A DNA stretch of 64,000 nt, taken from an uncultured Nitrososphaerales archaeon (GTDB taxonomy: Archaea > Thermoproteota > Nitrososphaeria > Nitrososphaerales > Nitrososphaeraceae). The stretch lies in contig CAVPXM010000021.1 of assembly GCA_963709405.1 (NCBI GenBank), positions 192,001 to 256,000 on the forward strand, given 5' to 3'. Shown here piece by piece: positions 53,951-64,000 of this stretch (position 1 is its first letter; each line of letters opens with the position of its first letter). The notes under the pieces were generated by a model. That model saw only the letters and a list, made by a program, of their open reading frames with translations, was not told the origin of the DNA and made no database searches. The position numbers and the translations under genes are program-made.

Positions 53951-54632
53951 AGCTCTGTAAAGTTAAGATAACAAATTATTGTTATGATGACTAACAAATA
54001 GATCCAACCATTTTTGTATGTGTTGCAATTTACACTTACTTTTTCTACAAGGAAAATAATCATCGAAATATTTTGTTCTATCTTTGATGTATTGTACCGT
54101 CCTTTCTATGATACTTTTCTCATATGGAGAATGGATGTGATGGTGCAGTCTCAAGAATCTACAAGCCTGTGGATACCATGTACCTCCATCAGTTGAAACA
54201 GGATAGATGTTCTCCATATCTTTTTACAAGGTTTAATATAAAACGTTCTGCAACAAACATGTTTCTCTCTTTTGATATGCTTATTTGAAGGATTTCTCGG
54301 TTATCATTCATTTTCAATGGCTATCCATAACCAGATATATTCGGAACCAACTTTAATGATAGTTTCATCAATTATAAATTCGGTAATACGTATCTATCTT
54401 TCTGGAACTTAACATCTCTGGTTTATATTTTTGAATCCAGTCTCTGATGGCAGTATGACTTCTTTTAACAAATCTAGACACAGCTTTGGAAGTATTTCTT
54501 AATGAAAGACCAAGGAAATACAGATACAGAGAATATGCTATATCCTCAGGTTCTGTTCTCTTTCTTATTTGACACATCATAAACTATATCGGAGACCTAA
54601 AGCTATAGATTTTTCCTTAACTTTACAGAGCC
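53951..54632 (-). mobile_element. IS6-family element with frameshifted transposase and 8-bp target-site duplication
   Basis: TIRs AGCTCTGTAAAGTTAAG / CTTAACTTTACAGAGCC; TGCAAGTA at 53943-53950 and 54633-54640; GLSLRNTS, STDGGTWYPQAC, IERTVQYIKDRT. Confidence 0.9.
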
Positions 54633-54694
54633 TGCAAGTAGTATGGCTGTCTATTGTCTCGACTCGACTCGTACAGGACTGAATTAAAGTCTAG

Positions 54695-57063
54695 TTATTT
54701 AACGTCCATTGGGCGAAGTAAATTGAGGGCCGAACCCGCACGGAACCATTTCAACTGAAATTCGTTATATGAATGCTGTAAATATATGACTTCATTCAGT
54801 CCGTTATTATGATGTAATGTACATCTAACAGGCTGTTTAGGTTTAAGATCATTTAATTCGGATATGCTTATCCTATCGTCCTCCAGTATTTTATCATAAT
54901 CTAATGAATCTCTAAATGTCAAGGCAAGTATGCCTTGTTTCTTAAGATTCGTTTCATGAATTCTGGCAAAACTTCTTGCAATTACAGCTCGCACAGCCCA
55001 GATATCTCGGAGTCATAGCGGCGTGTTCCCTACTGCTACCCTCACCGTAATTCCTGTCACCAATAATGATCCACTTTAGATCTCTATTCTTGTAATCTCT
55101 GGCAATATGCGGAAATGATTCCATCTTACCATCAAGAATATTCTTGCCAGTTCCCACATCTGTATCGTGGTAAGCATTGACCGCACCAAGAAGCAGATTA
55201 TCACTAATCTTGTCGAGATGCCCTCTATACATTAACCACATGCCAGCAGGTGAAATGTGATCGGTAGTACATTTTCCCTTTACTTTTGATAATATCGGTA
55301 ATTTTTCAAAATCCTTGCCATCCCATTTTGGAAACGGCACAAGCTTTTGCAATCGTTCACTATTCTTATTAATTATTACTTCGATATTTCCTGGTTCATC
55401 TGACGGTGGAAGGTAAACACCCTCGATATCTTTGAAACCTGATTGTGGAGTTTCTGGCGCTAATTTTGGGGGAATAAGTTTGAATTTCGTTCCATCGCTT
55501 GCACTCAGTTGGTCAGTAAGTGGATTGAAGGAAAGTCTTCCTCCTAGTGCAAGTGCTATAACGAGCTCAGGACTAGCTATAAAATTCATAGTGTTTCTCC
55601 TTCCATCATTCCGTCCTGGAAAATTCCTGTTATAAGATGTGATAATTGTGTTGGGTTCATTTTTCTTCAGTTCAGGTCGTTTCCATTGTCCTATACAGGG
55701 ACCACATGCGTTTGCAAGGACGTTTGCTCCAATTTTTTTTAGTGACTCCATCTGTCCATCTCTTTCAATAGTAGCTCTAATCATCTCAGAACCCGGAGTT
55801 ACTTGTAACGGTACCTTTGTTTTGATTCCTCTAGCACGTGCTTGCTCGGCTACATCTGCTGCACGGGACATGTCTTCATATGATGAATTTGTACAGCTCC
55901 CGATCAATGCTACTGAAATTGAGTCTAGGTAGCTATTCTTTTTTACATCCTCTGCCATCCTTGAGATAGGCCTCCCAAGATCAGGTGTATGAGGCCCTAC
56001 AACGTATGGTTCTAGGTCAGACAGGTTTATCTCAATTAACTGATCAAAATATTTTTTTGCATTTTCTCGATCCTCGACAATGTCCTCTTCTACTTGCGGA
56101 TCCTGTATTAAAAGGTCGATATGCTTATTTGCAACATTTGCAATTTCTCCTCTTCCCGTAGCCTTAAGATAGGTTTCCATCCTTTCATCATATGGAAATA
56201 TTGAACACGTAGCACCTATTTCAGCACCCATATTTGTAATCGTTGCTTTTCCAGTACAACTGATCGTTCTAGCCCCCGGTCCAAAGTATTCGATCACTGC
56301 ATTTGTTCCCCCTGAAACCGTTAATTTGGATGCAACGTAAAGTATGACATCTTTTGGAGATGCCCATTTACTCAGTTCTCCTGTCAGATACACACCTATT
56401 CGTTTTGGATATAATAACTCCCAAGACATTCCCGCCATTACTTCCGCTGCGTCTAGACCTCCTACTCCAATTGCTATCATCCCGAGGCCTCCCGCGTTTG
56501 GAGTATGAGAGTCAGTTCCTATCATTAGACCTCCAGGGAAGGCATAGTTTTCGAGGACTACTTGATGTATAATCCCCGCACCAGGCTTCCAGAACCCCAA
56601 TCCATATTTAGCTGCCTGCAGACTCTAAGAATTGATATACTTCATTATTCTCATAAATCGCCGCCTGAGTATCTGGTTCACTACCTACCCTCGCTTGAAT
56701 CAGGTGATCGCAATGAACAGTTGTTGGAACGACGGTTCGATTAAGATCAGCTTGCATGAACTGCAGGATTGTCATTTGACCCGTGACATCCTGTAAGGCA
56801 ACCCTATCAGGATTCAAGAGAACGTAACTCTTACCTGGAATCAATTTATCATCCGTGTAAGAAGATATGCTCTCATCTAGATGCCCAATCAGAATTTTTT
56901 CACAGATCGAAAGTGCACGATTTGTATTTTTTCGAAATACTGAGATATTATTATATAATTTTTCATATACCTTACTCACCAGCGACGGAGTTGTATCGAC
57001 TTGAATTTGGGGCTCGGGACTAGTAGTTGATTTCATTATCAAACGATTATCATATATCATCAA
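54695..57063 (-). CDS. acnA: Aconitate hydratase; two apparent +1 frameshifts (near 56616 and 54990)
   Basis: DRVALQD, HCDH, GTDSHT, GSCTNSS, ACGPCIG, SYNRNF, TTDHISPAG, GSSREHAA, SFARIHETN. Confidence 0.92.
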
Positions 57064-57199
57064 TATTTCAAATAGGTTTTCCTATGGCCCGAATTTTGTA
57101 CTGTCACCGAGAGGGACACTATCAATAGATGAGTACATAAAGAGAGGAGAAGGGATTGATATATCGTAAGGAAAAAGTGTAAGGGAAAGGAAAAATAGT

Positions 57200-58189
57200 G
57201 TGGAAGGAAAATCATCTGAAGACCCGCTCTGCGCAGGTGGGAATTGGTACATAACTGTTAAAACAAGAAATAACTTAATAGTGAATACATTGGTAATGAG
57301 GTCTGTGACTTCCAGTCCTTCCCAATTTGATTCTGACCAATTTAAGATAGGCCAACGTCAAAGTTGGAACAATGCAGCTGTTGGTTGGCAAGACTGGTGG
57401 AAAACCTTTGAAAATGCAGCTGCAGAGGTAAGTGACAAGTTAGTTGAGCTAGCAGGAATTAAAGCAGGACATCAAATATTGGATCTAGCGACAGGTACAG
57501 GCGAACCAGCTCTCACAGCGGCCAAAAAAATTGCTGAATCTAAAGGCCACGTTCTCGCAACAGATATTTCTCCCCAAATGCTGGCAATTGCAAAACAAAG
57601 GGCCGCGGTGCTGGGATTACAAGACAGAGTTGAATTCAGAGAAAGCGACGCAGAAATATTAGAAATATCTAGGTCATCATTCGATGCAGTACTTTGCAGA
57701 TGGGGACTGATGTACTTTCCACATCTAGATTCTACTTTAACCCGCATATTTGATGGCTTGAGGTCGGGCGGAAGATTTGCATGTGCAGTTTGGGCCTCGC
57801 CTGCAAAAGTGCCGCTAATTAGTCTTCCAATGGGCATAGTAATTCGAGAACTCAAAATTCCTGCTCCTTCTCCTGGCGTCCCCGGACCGTTTGCTCTTGC
57901 TGATATAGGAATTCTCGAGAGCTCCATGACAAAGGCAGGATTCAAAAGCATACAAACAGAACGACTTTCTGTACTCTTTAGGTTTGCCTCCGTACACGAC
58001 TATATTAGTTATACCAAAGCCACCGCTGCTCCGATCAAGATTATTTTGGATAAAGAGCCAGCAACTCGACAAGAAGAGATATGGACCCGGATATCAGATG
58101 AAGTGAGAAATAACTATGCCAATAATGACGATGGCTCCGTAAGTATGGATAACGAATGTATATGCGTAGTCGGAACAAGGAAAGAATGA
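57200..58189 (+). CDS. Class I SAM-dependent methyltransferase (UbiE-like)
   Basis: ILDLATGTGEP, TDISPQML, FDAVLCRWGLMYF; the true start is probably near 57297. Confidence 0.85.
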   Translation: MEGKSSEDPLCAGGNWYITVKTRNNLIVNTLVMRSVTSSPSQFDSDQFKIGQRQSWNNAAVGWQDWWKTFENAAAEVSDKLVELAGIKAGHQILDLATGTGEPALTAAKKIAESKGHVLATDISPQMLAIAKQRAAVLGLQDRVEFRESDAEILEISRSSFDAVLCRWGLMYFPHLDSTLTRIFDGLRSGGRFACAVWASPAKVPLISLPMGIVIRELKIPAPSPGVPGPFALADIGILESSMTKAGFKSIQTERLSVLFRFASVHDYISYTKATAAPIKIILDKEPATRQEEIWTRISDEVRNNYANNDDGSVSMDNECICVVGTRKE

Positions 58190-58522
58190 ATTGATGAATT
58201 AATTAATTAATTAATTAATTATTGAATGAATAAACAGTGGAAATAGGTTTATTTGACTAAATTCTGAATATGCTCTCATATTCTATAAATGATAATATAG
58301 TGAATCGATAACAACAATTAGAGTAATAGAATGACTAGGTTATTCTCAGTTTTGTATAACTTTCGATGGATTATGGGTAACCCACTGTTGTTAAGGCACA
58401 GAAATAGTATGATTGGTTTACTGAGGTATGTGGTATAGATTGGATTAAGCGGTGATCTCCTCTTAATTAAAATTATCTTTTTATAGATATTGTTGTCTTA
58501 GTGTCAACTTTTTATACCTTTT

Positions 58523-58897
58523 CTATTTATTGAATCTCTCTGATATTTGGATTGAACGCCTCTCCAATACTGTCTTTAAGCTAAAAAAAATCAGCATTCC
58601 CTGTAGCACATAACCGCCGACGATTAGTATAACCGCATTTATTGGCTTTTCAAATGTCGTCATAAGATGTACATGTGGTGGCGCAAGACTGTTACCTATA
58701 ATTACCAGCAATCCCACTGGTATACATACATATATTGCTTTACCGAACCCTTTCCAAACTAAAAAAGTTAGAGTGATAAACAATAGCTCCAGTGCAATAG
58801 ATCCATAGATCAATTTGGGATTCCCAAATGGAATTGCAACCAAGCCTATCATTGAAATGCATAGGAGAGTAATGATTGTTGCCTGATGGTAATTCAT
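58523..58897 (-). CDS. Hypothetical membrane protein
   Basis: Four hydrophobic segments; ATG at 58897. Confidence 0.6.
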   Translation of the reverse strand: MNYHQATIITLLCISMIGLVAIPFGNPKLIYGSIALELLFITLTFLVWKGFGKAIYVCIPVGLLVIIGNSLAPPHVHLMTTFEKPINAVILIVGGYVLQGMLIFFSLKTVLERRSIQISERFNK

Positions 58898-59517
58898 ATC
58901 GTAGGCTAAAATTAGTAAATCAAGAAATAAAACGTTTTCTTCTGATAACGCGGCGTTCAAAAGTTCATTTTTAGTAAAAATAAAATAAAGGCTGTATTTG
59001 CATTTGCATTAAAAACTAAAAGATTGCAGACGGTAATCTTATCTAGCAAAAATTGCTTTAAACTCAGACTATTTAATGAATAAGACTTGTGGGATTACTA
59101 CCTTAAACTCCAATCCAAATCACCAATCAAATTAGTATTCAAGTAAACTTTGTATAATTGTCCTAAGTCAAAGTGGATCATGCTTAGCTTGGAGTTGATT
59201 AGTAGGCCATTAGTAAAACAGAATGACATACCGTATACAAAAATTGTGGATGTAAAAAGTATACTTTATGCAAATATTCTTGCTTTGTTGCGTTATTTGT
59301 AGAGTAATTTTCTTATTTATATATCCGGAGATCCTATGTATCCTACTACTTTATATCTTAGACTAAATGCATCAGAAACTTTCAGTATCTGAAAAATTCG
59401 GTATCTTAGCTTATCATTATCACTGTATTAGATTTTTCGCCTCTTGATTCAACTTGATCGATTTCTCTCTGGATTCGAGATGGCTAAACTTATTTATTAC
59501 TCTCTATAATATCAAAC

Positions 59518-59694
59518 ATGCCAATAATTACTATTGCTTTATTTTCGGGTAGGACACAGAGGGAAAAAGATAGATTAGCTGAAGCAGTTACAAATGATGT
59601 AGTAAATGTCTTAAAAGTGGAAAGAAAAGATGTCATAATAGTATTTCAAGAGGAGCCCTCTGGAAATTGGTATGCTTCAGGGATTCGTGTTTAG
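59518..59694 (+). CDS. 4-oxalocrotonate tautomerase family protein (missing from the ORF track)
   Basis: MPIITIALFSGRTQREKDRLAEAVT...VIIVFQE...NWYASG; catalytic Pro-1 and GR motif. Confidence 0.85.
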   Translation: MPIITIALFSGRTQREKDRLAEAVTNDVVNVLKVERKDVIIVFQEEPSGNWYASGIRV

Positions 59695-60060
59695 AAAAAA
59701 AATAATGAGATATCGAAGAAAGTATTATGATATGACTTGTGGAAATAGCAAATTTAACTCGCGATATCAACGCTCTGAGAATGATATACCAGATCCACGA
59801 AAGTAATTAATGTGGAACTAAATAAGTAAAGGTTTCAAGTGCAATAATTGCGATTGAAACTTAAGATCTACTAAAACAATTTCAAGGATCATAGATTACC
59901 TTCGAATAGGAATCTTACACTTATGTACTACGTGGGTTGAAAATTGCCAGAGGACTGGACTTTTATTCAGTCAGATGCAATAAATTGACAATTCAGAATA
60001 AAGATGAGACGATAATTAGTATTCACTTGAACAAAGAAAAAGTTGGTTTGAGAATAACTT

Positions 60061-60204
60061 CTAGGTTAAAGCGTCCCTTACTTTTACCTTGGCTTTATTA
60101 AGCGTCTCAGAACTAGGCTTTCCTTCGGCGTGATCTTTTTCAGTTTGAAATTTTGCTTCTGCATCTTGCTCCACATTTTTTACCTTCTTTGCAATATCTG
60201 TCAT
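60061..60204 (-). CDS. 47-aa hydrophilic small protein (possibly stress-related)
   Basis: MTDIAKKVKNVEQDAEAKFQTEKDHAEGKPSSETLNKAKVKVRDALT*. Confidence 0.5.
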   Translation of the reverse strand: MTDIAKKVKNVEQDAEAKFQTEKDHAEGKPSSETLNKAKVKVRDALT

Positions 60205-61556
60205 ACTAACTACTCTATGGTATACATAGTTTAATACCATTTCATTAAACTAAATCTATCAATTCTCCAATGCGATATTTCTCATAAGGTTACAATCAAC
60301 CAGGGATTGGCTATGATAATGAAGTAAATTTCTGGAAAAGGCGTTTATAACATGCAATTGTTGGTAGTAATAAATTAAAAAAGGAGTTTTATTGACAATA
60401 TATAATTAGTGTGTTTGAATTCGATACGCCTATGATCTGTATTATTCTTGGAGCAATTATATTAGCATTGGTGTTTCATTTTAAAAAAGTGAAATGATCT
60501 CTGCAAAACAGTTTATGTGACAAAAATATAGGCAGAAACCATCAAACGTAGTAGGTACATCGCCTCTATAGAATAGAAGTGATGTTACTACATATTAGTG
60601 ATAACGTAGCGATTGCAGCAGTAGATGTTCTATCTAATATCTTGTCCCAAATACAGTAATTTCAGGTCGTCAACTGAGCTGGCAATTGCTAAATTATTAT
60701 TCTAGGTGTTCGAAAATGATAGTATTAGGGATGATTAATCATAGGTATTCGAAATTGCACGGGATTATGACAAATAAATGGATTTATATGACGAAAAAGT
60801 GATTTAGATTTAGATTTTATTAACTTATCCATACCATAAGTATTAATTTTCCAATAAGTTCAAACCGCCCTTTAAAGATATTTCTGTCAGAAACGCACCA
60901 CTACAACTTGGGGTAACCGAAAAAGCATATTGATTAAAGAAATCTATAACATGTGACACATCGTATTCTCGTTGATTTATCCACCACCTGCCCCCATTCC
61001 TCCACCCGTGGATTCGACCTCTTGCTCTTGCAACTCCTTGTCTAGTTTTGATCTTACTTTAGTGATTGGTTTAAGAATCTCTTTCGTAATATTTTTCTCC
61101 TCTTGATCTTCCATGTTTATAATAGGATCACATTTTATATGAAGATCGTTTTTACTGAATTTTATTATTCGTTGATAAAAACTGTAAGGGTTATACTATT
61201 TGCGGTAGTTTCTTGAGTTTTGTCTAACTCCGTACCATTGCGCATGTAGATAAACTCATATAAAATAATTGGAAAATTCTTGTTGATCTAAAAGTAAACT
61301 TACAAACTCTAATTCCACTTCTAGAGACGATAGCCTATGCTCCGGCGGTGATAAATAAATAATGAATAGTTCGTGATATTAGACATAACAAGTAAGGTAT
61401 CCTAAGATCTGGATGCATTGATGTCGTTACCATAAAAGGAATTCAATTGGCAACTTTCACAAAATGCAGCGATCGAATTTTAACTGTGACTATTAGCGAC
61501 AACTGTACAAGCTAAAAATACTTTTATCGTATGTATTTTAATAGATCTAGTAGATC

Positions 61557-61847
61557 ATGCCTGACACAAAATCAAAAACAAGTTCTGGTAAACGAACAGG
61601 TAGCAAAGGCATAGATAAACGATTATCTCCTAGAACAAAAAAACAAATTGATTCATTACCTAAACACGCGCAGCACATTTATGAAAAAGTACACGCCAAT
61701 GCTATAGAACAATATCAAAAACCTGAGAAGAGACGTGGAGGTGAAACACAAAGTGCAGAAGAGGTAGCTCACAAAGCAGCTTGGGTAGCAGTCAAAAAGA
61801 AGTATCTGAAAAATGGAAATAAATGGGTAAAGAAAGAAGCAACTTAA
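61557..61847 (+). CDS. chaB: ChaB-family protein
   Basis: LPKHAQHIY, EEVAHKAAWVAVKKKY, KW. Confidence 0.85.
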   Translation: MPDTKSKTSSGKRTGSKGIDKRLSPRTKKQIDSLPKHAQHIYEKVHANAIEQYQKPEKRRGGETQSAEEVAHKAAWVAVKKKYLKNGNKWVKKEAT

Positions 61848-62422
61848 ATAGTCTTTTCTAAAATCGAAGCCTCAGAAATAAATAGTAATGATGTCCTAAG
61901 TATAAAGTCAGTTTGCTTCGGAGTCCACAAACAGGAGTGGGATAGTAGTTTTATACATATCGCTCAGTCATCTACTAGATCTTTTAACTGCACAATAATA
62001 AAAATATACCAGCATTATAATAACAATAAAGTACCAATATTGTATAACAAACTTTCAAACAAAATCTGTGTGAGGTATGGCTGAGGCACCAAGATTCTTT
62101 GTTGTCAAGTCCAAGGCATCTATTAGCAATCCTTTCTTAGGATCGTTATCTAAATGTAGGCAACATCTATAAAAACATACGAAATCCTCTACCAGGATGG
62201 CTGATAAAACGCTTGCAACTCCTAAAGATGCGGATTTCCTCCTTTCGCACATACCAAGTATGTTAATACTAATGTCGGCAAAGAAAGAACTAGAACCAAC
62301 CTAGAATAAATATTACTATTTGAGGAAATATGTGATAAGAAAAGTCCACCCATTGTATAAGTGGCCATGCGATGCGTACCGGATTTTACTGAGATTGGCA
62401 CTCTTTCCCTGTACAGGATCGT

Positions 62423-62644
62423 TTAATAATAATATTCTAGAAAGCCATAGTTAATTGCAAAAATTATGACTAAACTGGACGCTACTAGAAAAGATATACG
62501 TGTCCACTTTAGCAAGTCTGAATCTGCAGCAGAATCTTTTTCTGTCCAGCTCTTTTCCCTCAGGCATTTTTGCATAAGTAGATATTTAATATCTAGCATT
62601 AAGGTCAGTTCCAACTTCTTCATACTCCACTTCGCTATTGTCAT
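62423..62644 (-). CDS. Small hypothetical protein with a C-terminal TM helix
   Basis: 73-aa ORF ending in a hydrophobic segment. Confidence 0.35.
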   Translation of the reverse strand: MTIAKWSMKKLELTLMLDIKYLLMQKCLREKSWTEKDSAADSDLLKWTRISFLVASSLVIIFAINYGFLEYYY

Positions 62645-62757
62645 TCCGATATTAGATTGTCAGTACGGTATATTACCGTACTAAGCTCCCCTCCCTCTCT
62701 TATAAGAGCGTGGCTGGTTATTAACTTGTCAGACTCAATATAATTTTGAAGAGGTAA

Positions 62758-63189
62758 TTGAGGGTTGACAAAATGATTAGTAGTTTGTTGGAAGAAGGAA
62801 AACGAGTAATGATAGTAGATGATGATAATGACTGTATGTTCACGATCAAGATTGTTTTAGAGCGATATGGATTTAAAGTATATTCCTTTAATAATGCATA
62901 TTCAGCACTAGAGTCTTATCGAGCTAGCTATTATGATCTTGTGATACTTGACGTAATATTGCCAGGGATGAACGGCTTTCAATTATATAGAGAAATTAAA
63001 AAAATGGATAAAAACGTAAAGGTATGTTTTCTTTCGGCTGGTCAAATTTTCTATGGCACATATCAAGATATATTTTCTGAAATCGATGCAAGCTATTTCA
63101 TTCGGAAACCCATAGAAAATCAGAAGTTGGTACGAAGAGTAGAAGAGATAATTCAGATGGATTCTACCCAACTTGCACTCTCAGAATGA
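62758..63189 (+). CDS. Stand-alone response-regulator receiver protein
   Basis: MIVDDD, LDVILPGMNG, FLSA, RKP. Confidence 0.9.
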   Translation: MRVDKMISSLLEEGKRVMIVDDDNDCMFTIKIVLERYGFKVYSFNNAYSALESYRASYYDLVILDVILPGMNGFQLYREIKKMDKNVKVCFLSAGQIFYGTYQDIFSEIDASYFIRKPIENQKLVRRVEEIIQMDSTQLALSE

Positions 63190-63469
63190 TTCAATGTTCA
63201 CATTTAAATGATCTGTGATCGGGACTGGGATATGATTAGAGTTTTCAAGCTATTTTCGAGTAGACTAAATTCTTAGATTTGTTTGTTTGATTTATTTTTA
63301 ATTGCGTGTTACTTCTTCCAGTGATTATGCCCAATCATATAGGTACATTAAGACAAGATGCTATAAAATGAACCTCTTTCGAGCTCAGTACGACACATTT
63401 CTCTCTGATAAACCTGATCTTGCCATATCTGTTGTCGCAGATAAGGAGTTTGATAGTAATTATATTAAG

Positions 63470-63610
63470 TGAATGCCATCCAGCTAGTACCTTCCTATAT
63501 CATACCACTAGACGTCCGATGGTATTATTTGGTTTTTCTGAGGGAGGTATCAACCTTATTCCATCCCATAAATCATCAATGATTCTCTTGACAGGTGAAA
63601 GGCATTTGAC
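63470..63610 (-). mobile_element. IS5-family transposase N-terminal remnant
   Basis: IDDLWDGIRLIPPSEKPNNTIGR...RKVL; boundaries approximate. Confidence 0.4.
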
Positions 63611-63816
63611 TCTATTGTAAGCCACACTTATGCGCAGGACAGTCTCAAGCTATATTTCTATCTATTTTTGGGATGAGTTCTAATAAGATACATGAAATCG
63701 CTGTTGTAATGTTCCCAGAATCGTTATCGGCCTCGACAATTCCAGCATACATCATCTTCCCCCTCTCCCCTATAGGTTTTCAGATTTAACTAGCAGTAGT
63801 ACTCACTTCTATTACA

Positions 63817-64000
63817 TTGAATTTGTGGTATGATCTGAATAAAGCACCTGAATTTGAAATGAAAGAAAGCAAGATGATTCTTCATCCATTTACTGTAAGA
63901 GAATATGAAGGGCTCACTATAAATCCATATCAAGGCTGCCAGCACAGATGTGGTTATTGCTATGCTACTTATCAATGGTCTCCTGAATTTTATGATAAAG
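63817..64000 (+). CDS. Radical SAM protein (SplB-like), 5' part only
   Basis: Manual translation INPYQGCQHRCGYCYA (CxxxCxxC); runs off the window. Confidence 0.8.
   Translation, partial: MNLWYDLNKAPEFEMKESKMILHPFTVREYEGLTINPYQGCQHRCGYCYATYQWSPEFYDK

Noticed and set aside
54695-57063. Aconitase (also amt, chaperonin, PAC2) as true pseudogenes or programmed frameshifts
   Set aside because: All motifs are intact, there are no slippery heptamers at the breaks, and the single extra bases sit in GCNGC sites; sequencing error is more parsimonious.
57100-57245. Purine-rich leader with a small hairpin between aconitase and the methyltransferase, considered as a riboswitch
   Set aside because: No recognisable aptamer consensus; an Infernal/Rfam search would be needed.
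58186-58232. (AATT)n / TGAA palindromic run after the methyltransferase
   Set aside because: Simple low-complexity tract; may act as a terminator but nothing supports more.

Overview
AT-rich archaeal DNA. Gene content (group II chaperonin, TFB, NreA, PAC2, PriX-like and thaumarchaeal-type integrase remnants, divergent P-II proteins, phaC) points to a soil ammonia-oxidising archaeon (Nitrososphaeraceae); this is inferred, not database-checked. About 0.4-35 kb is a nitrogen-acquisition region. It holds an orphan ParB-like gene, an Lrp/AsnC regulator, a broken Dur3-type urea symporter with a USP tail, and an intact UT-family urea channel. It also holds ureABC, then a chaperonin and an unknown gene inside the operon, then ureEFGD, a lone A/V-ATPase subunit I, amt with an atypical P-II, phaC, a second P-II and a creatininase-family gene. 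The rest is a patchwork of accessory and housekeeping genes (tfb, nreA, aconitase, Ser/Thr kinase, cyclase-receiver, ChaB, tautomerase) with many IS remnants and a two-copy MITE. The top leads are: (1) an 18-bp palindrome shared by the urea-channel and ureA upstream regions next to the ParB-like and Lrp genes, suggesting an uncharacterised urea regulon; (2) a chaperonin plus an overlapping unknown gene embedded in the urease operon; (3) nine +1 frameshifts that all fall in GCNGC sites, probably methylation-linked sequencing errors rather than true pseudogenes; (4) a 143-bp direct-repeat-bounded decayed element; (5) a secreted His-rich poly-Ala/Gly protein. No rRNA, tRNA or CRISPR array was recognised. 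All family calls come from motif recognition by eye.
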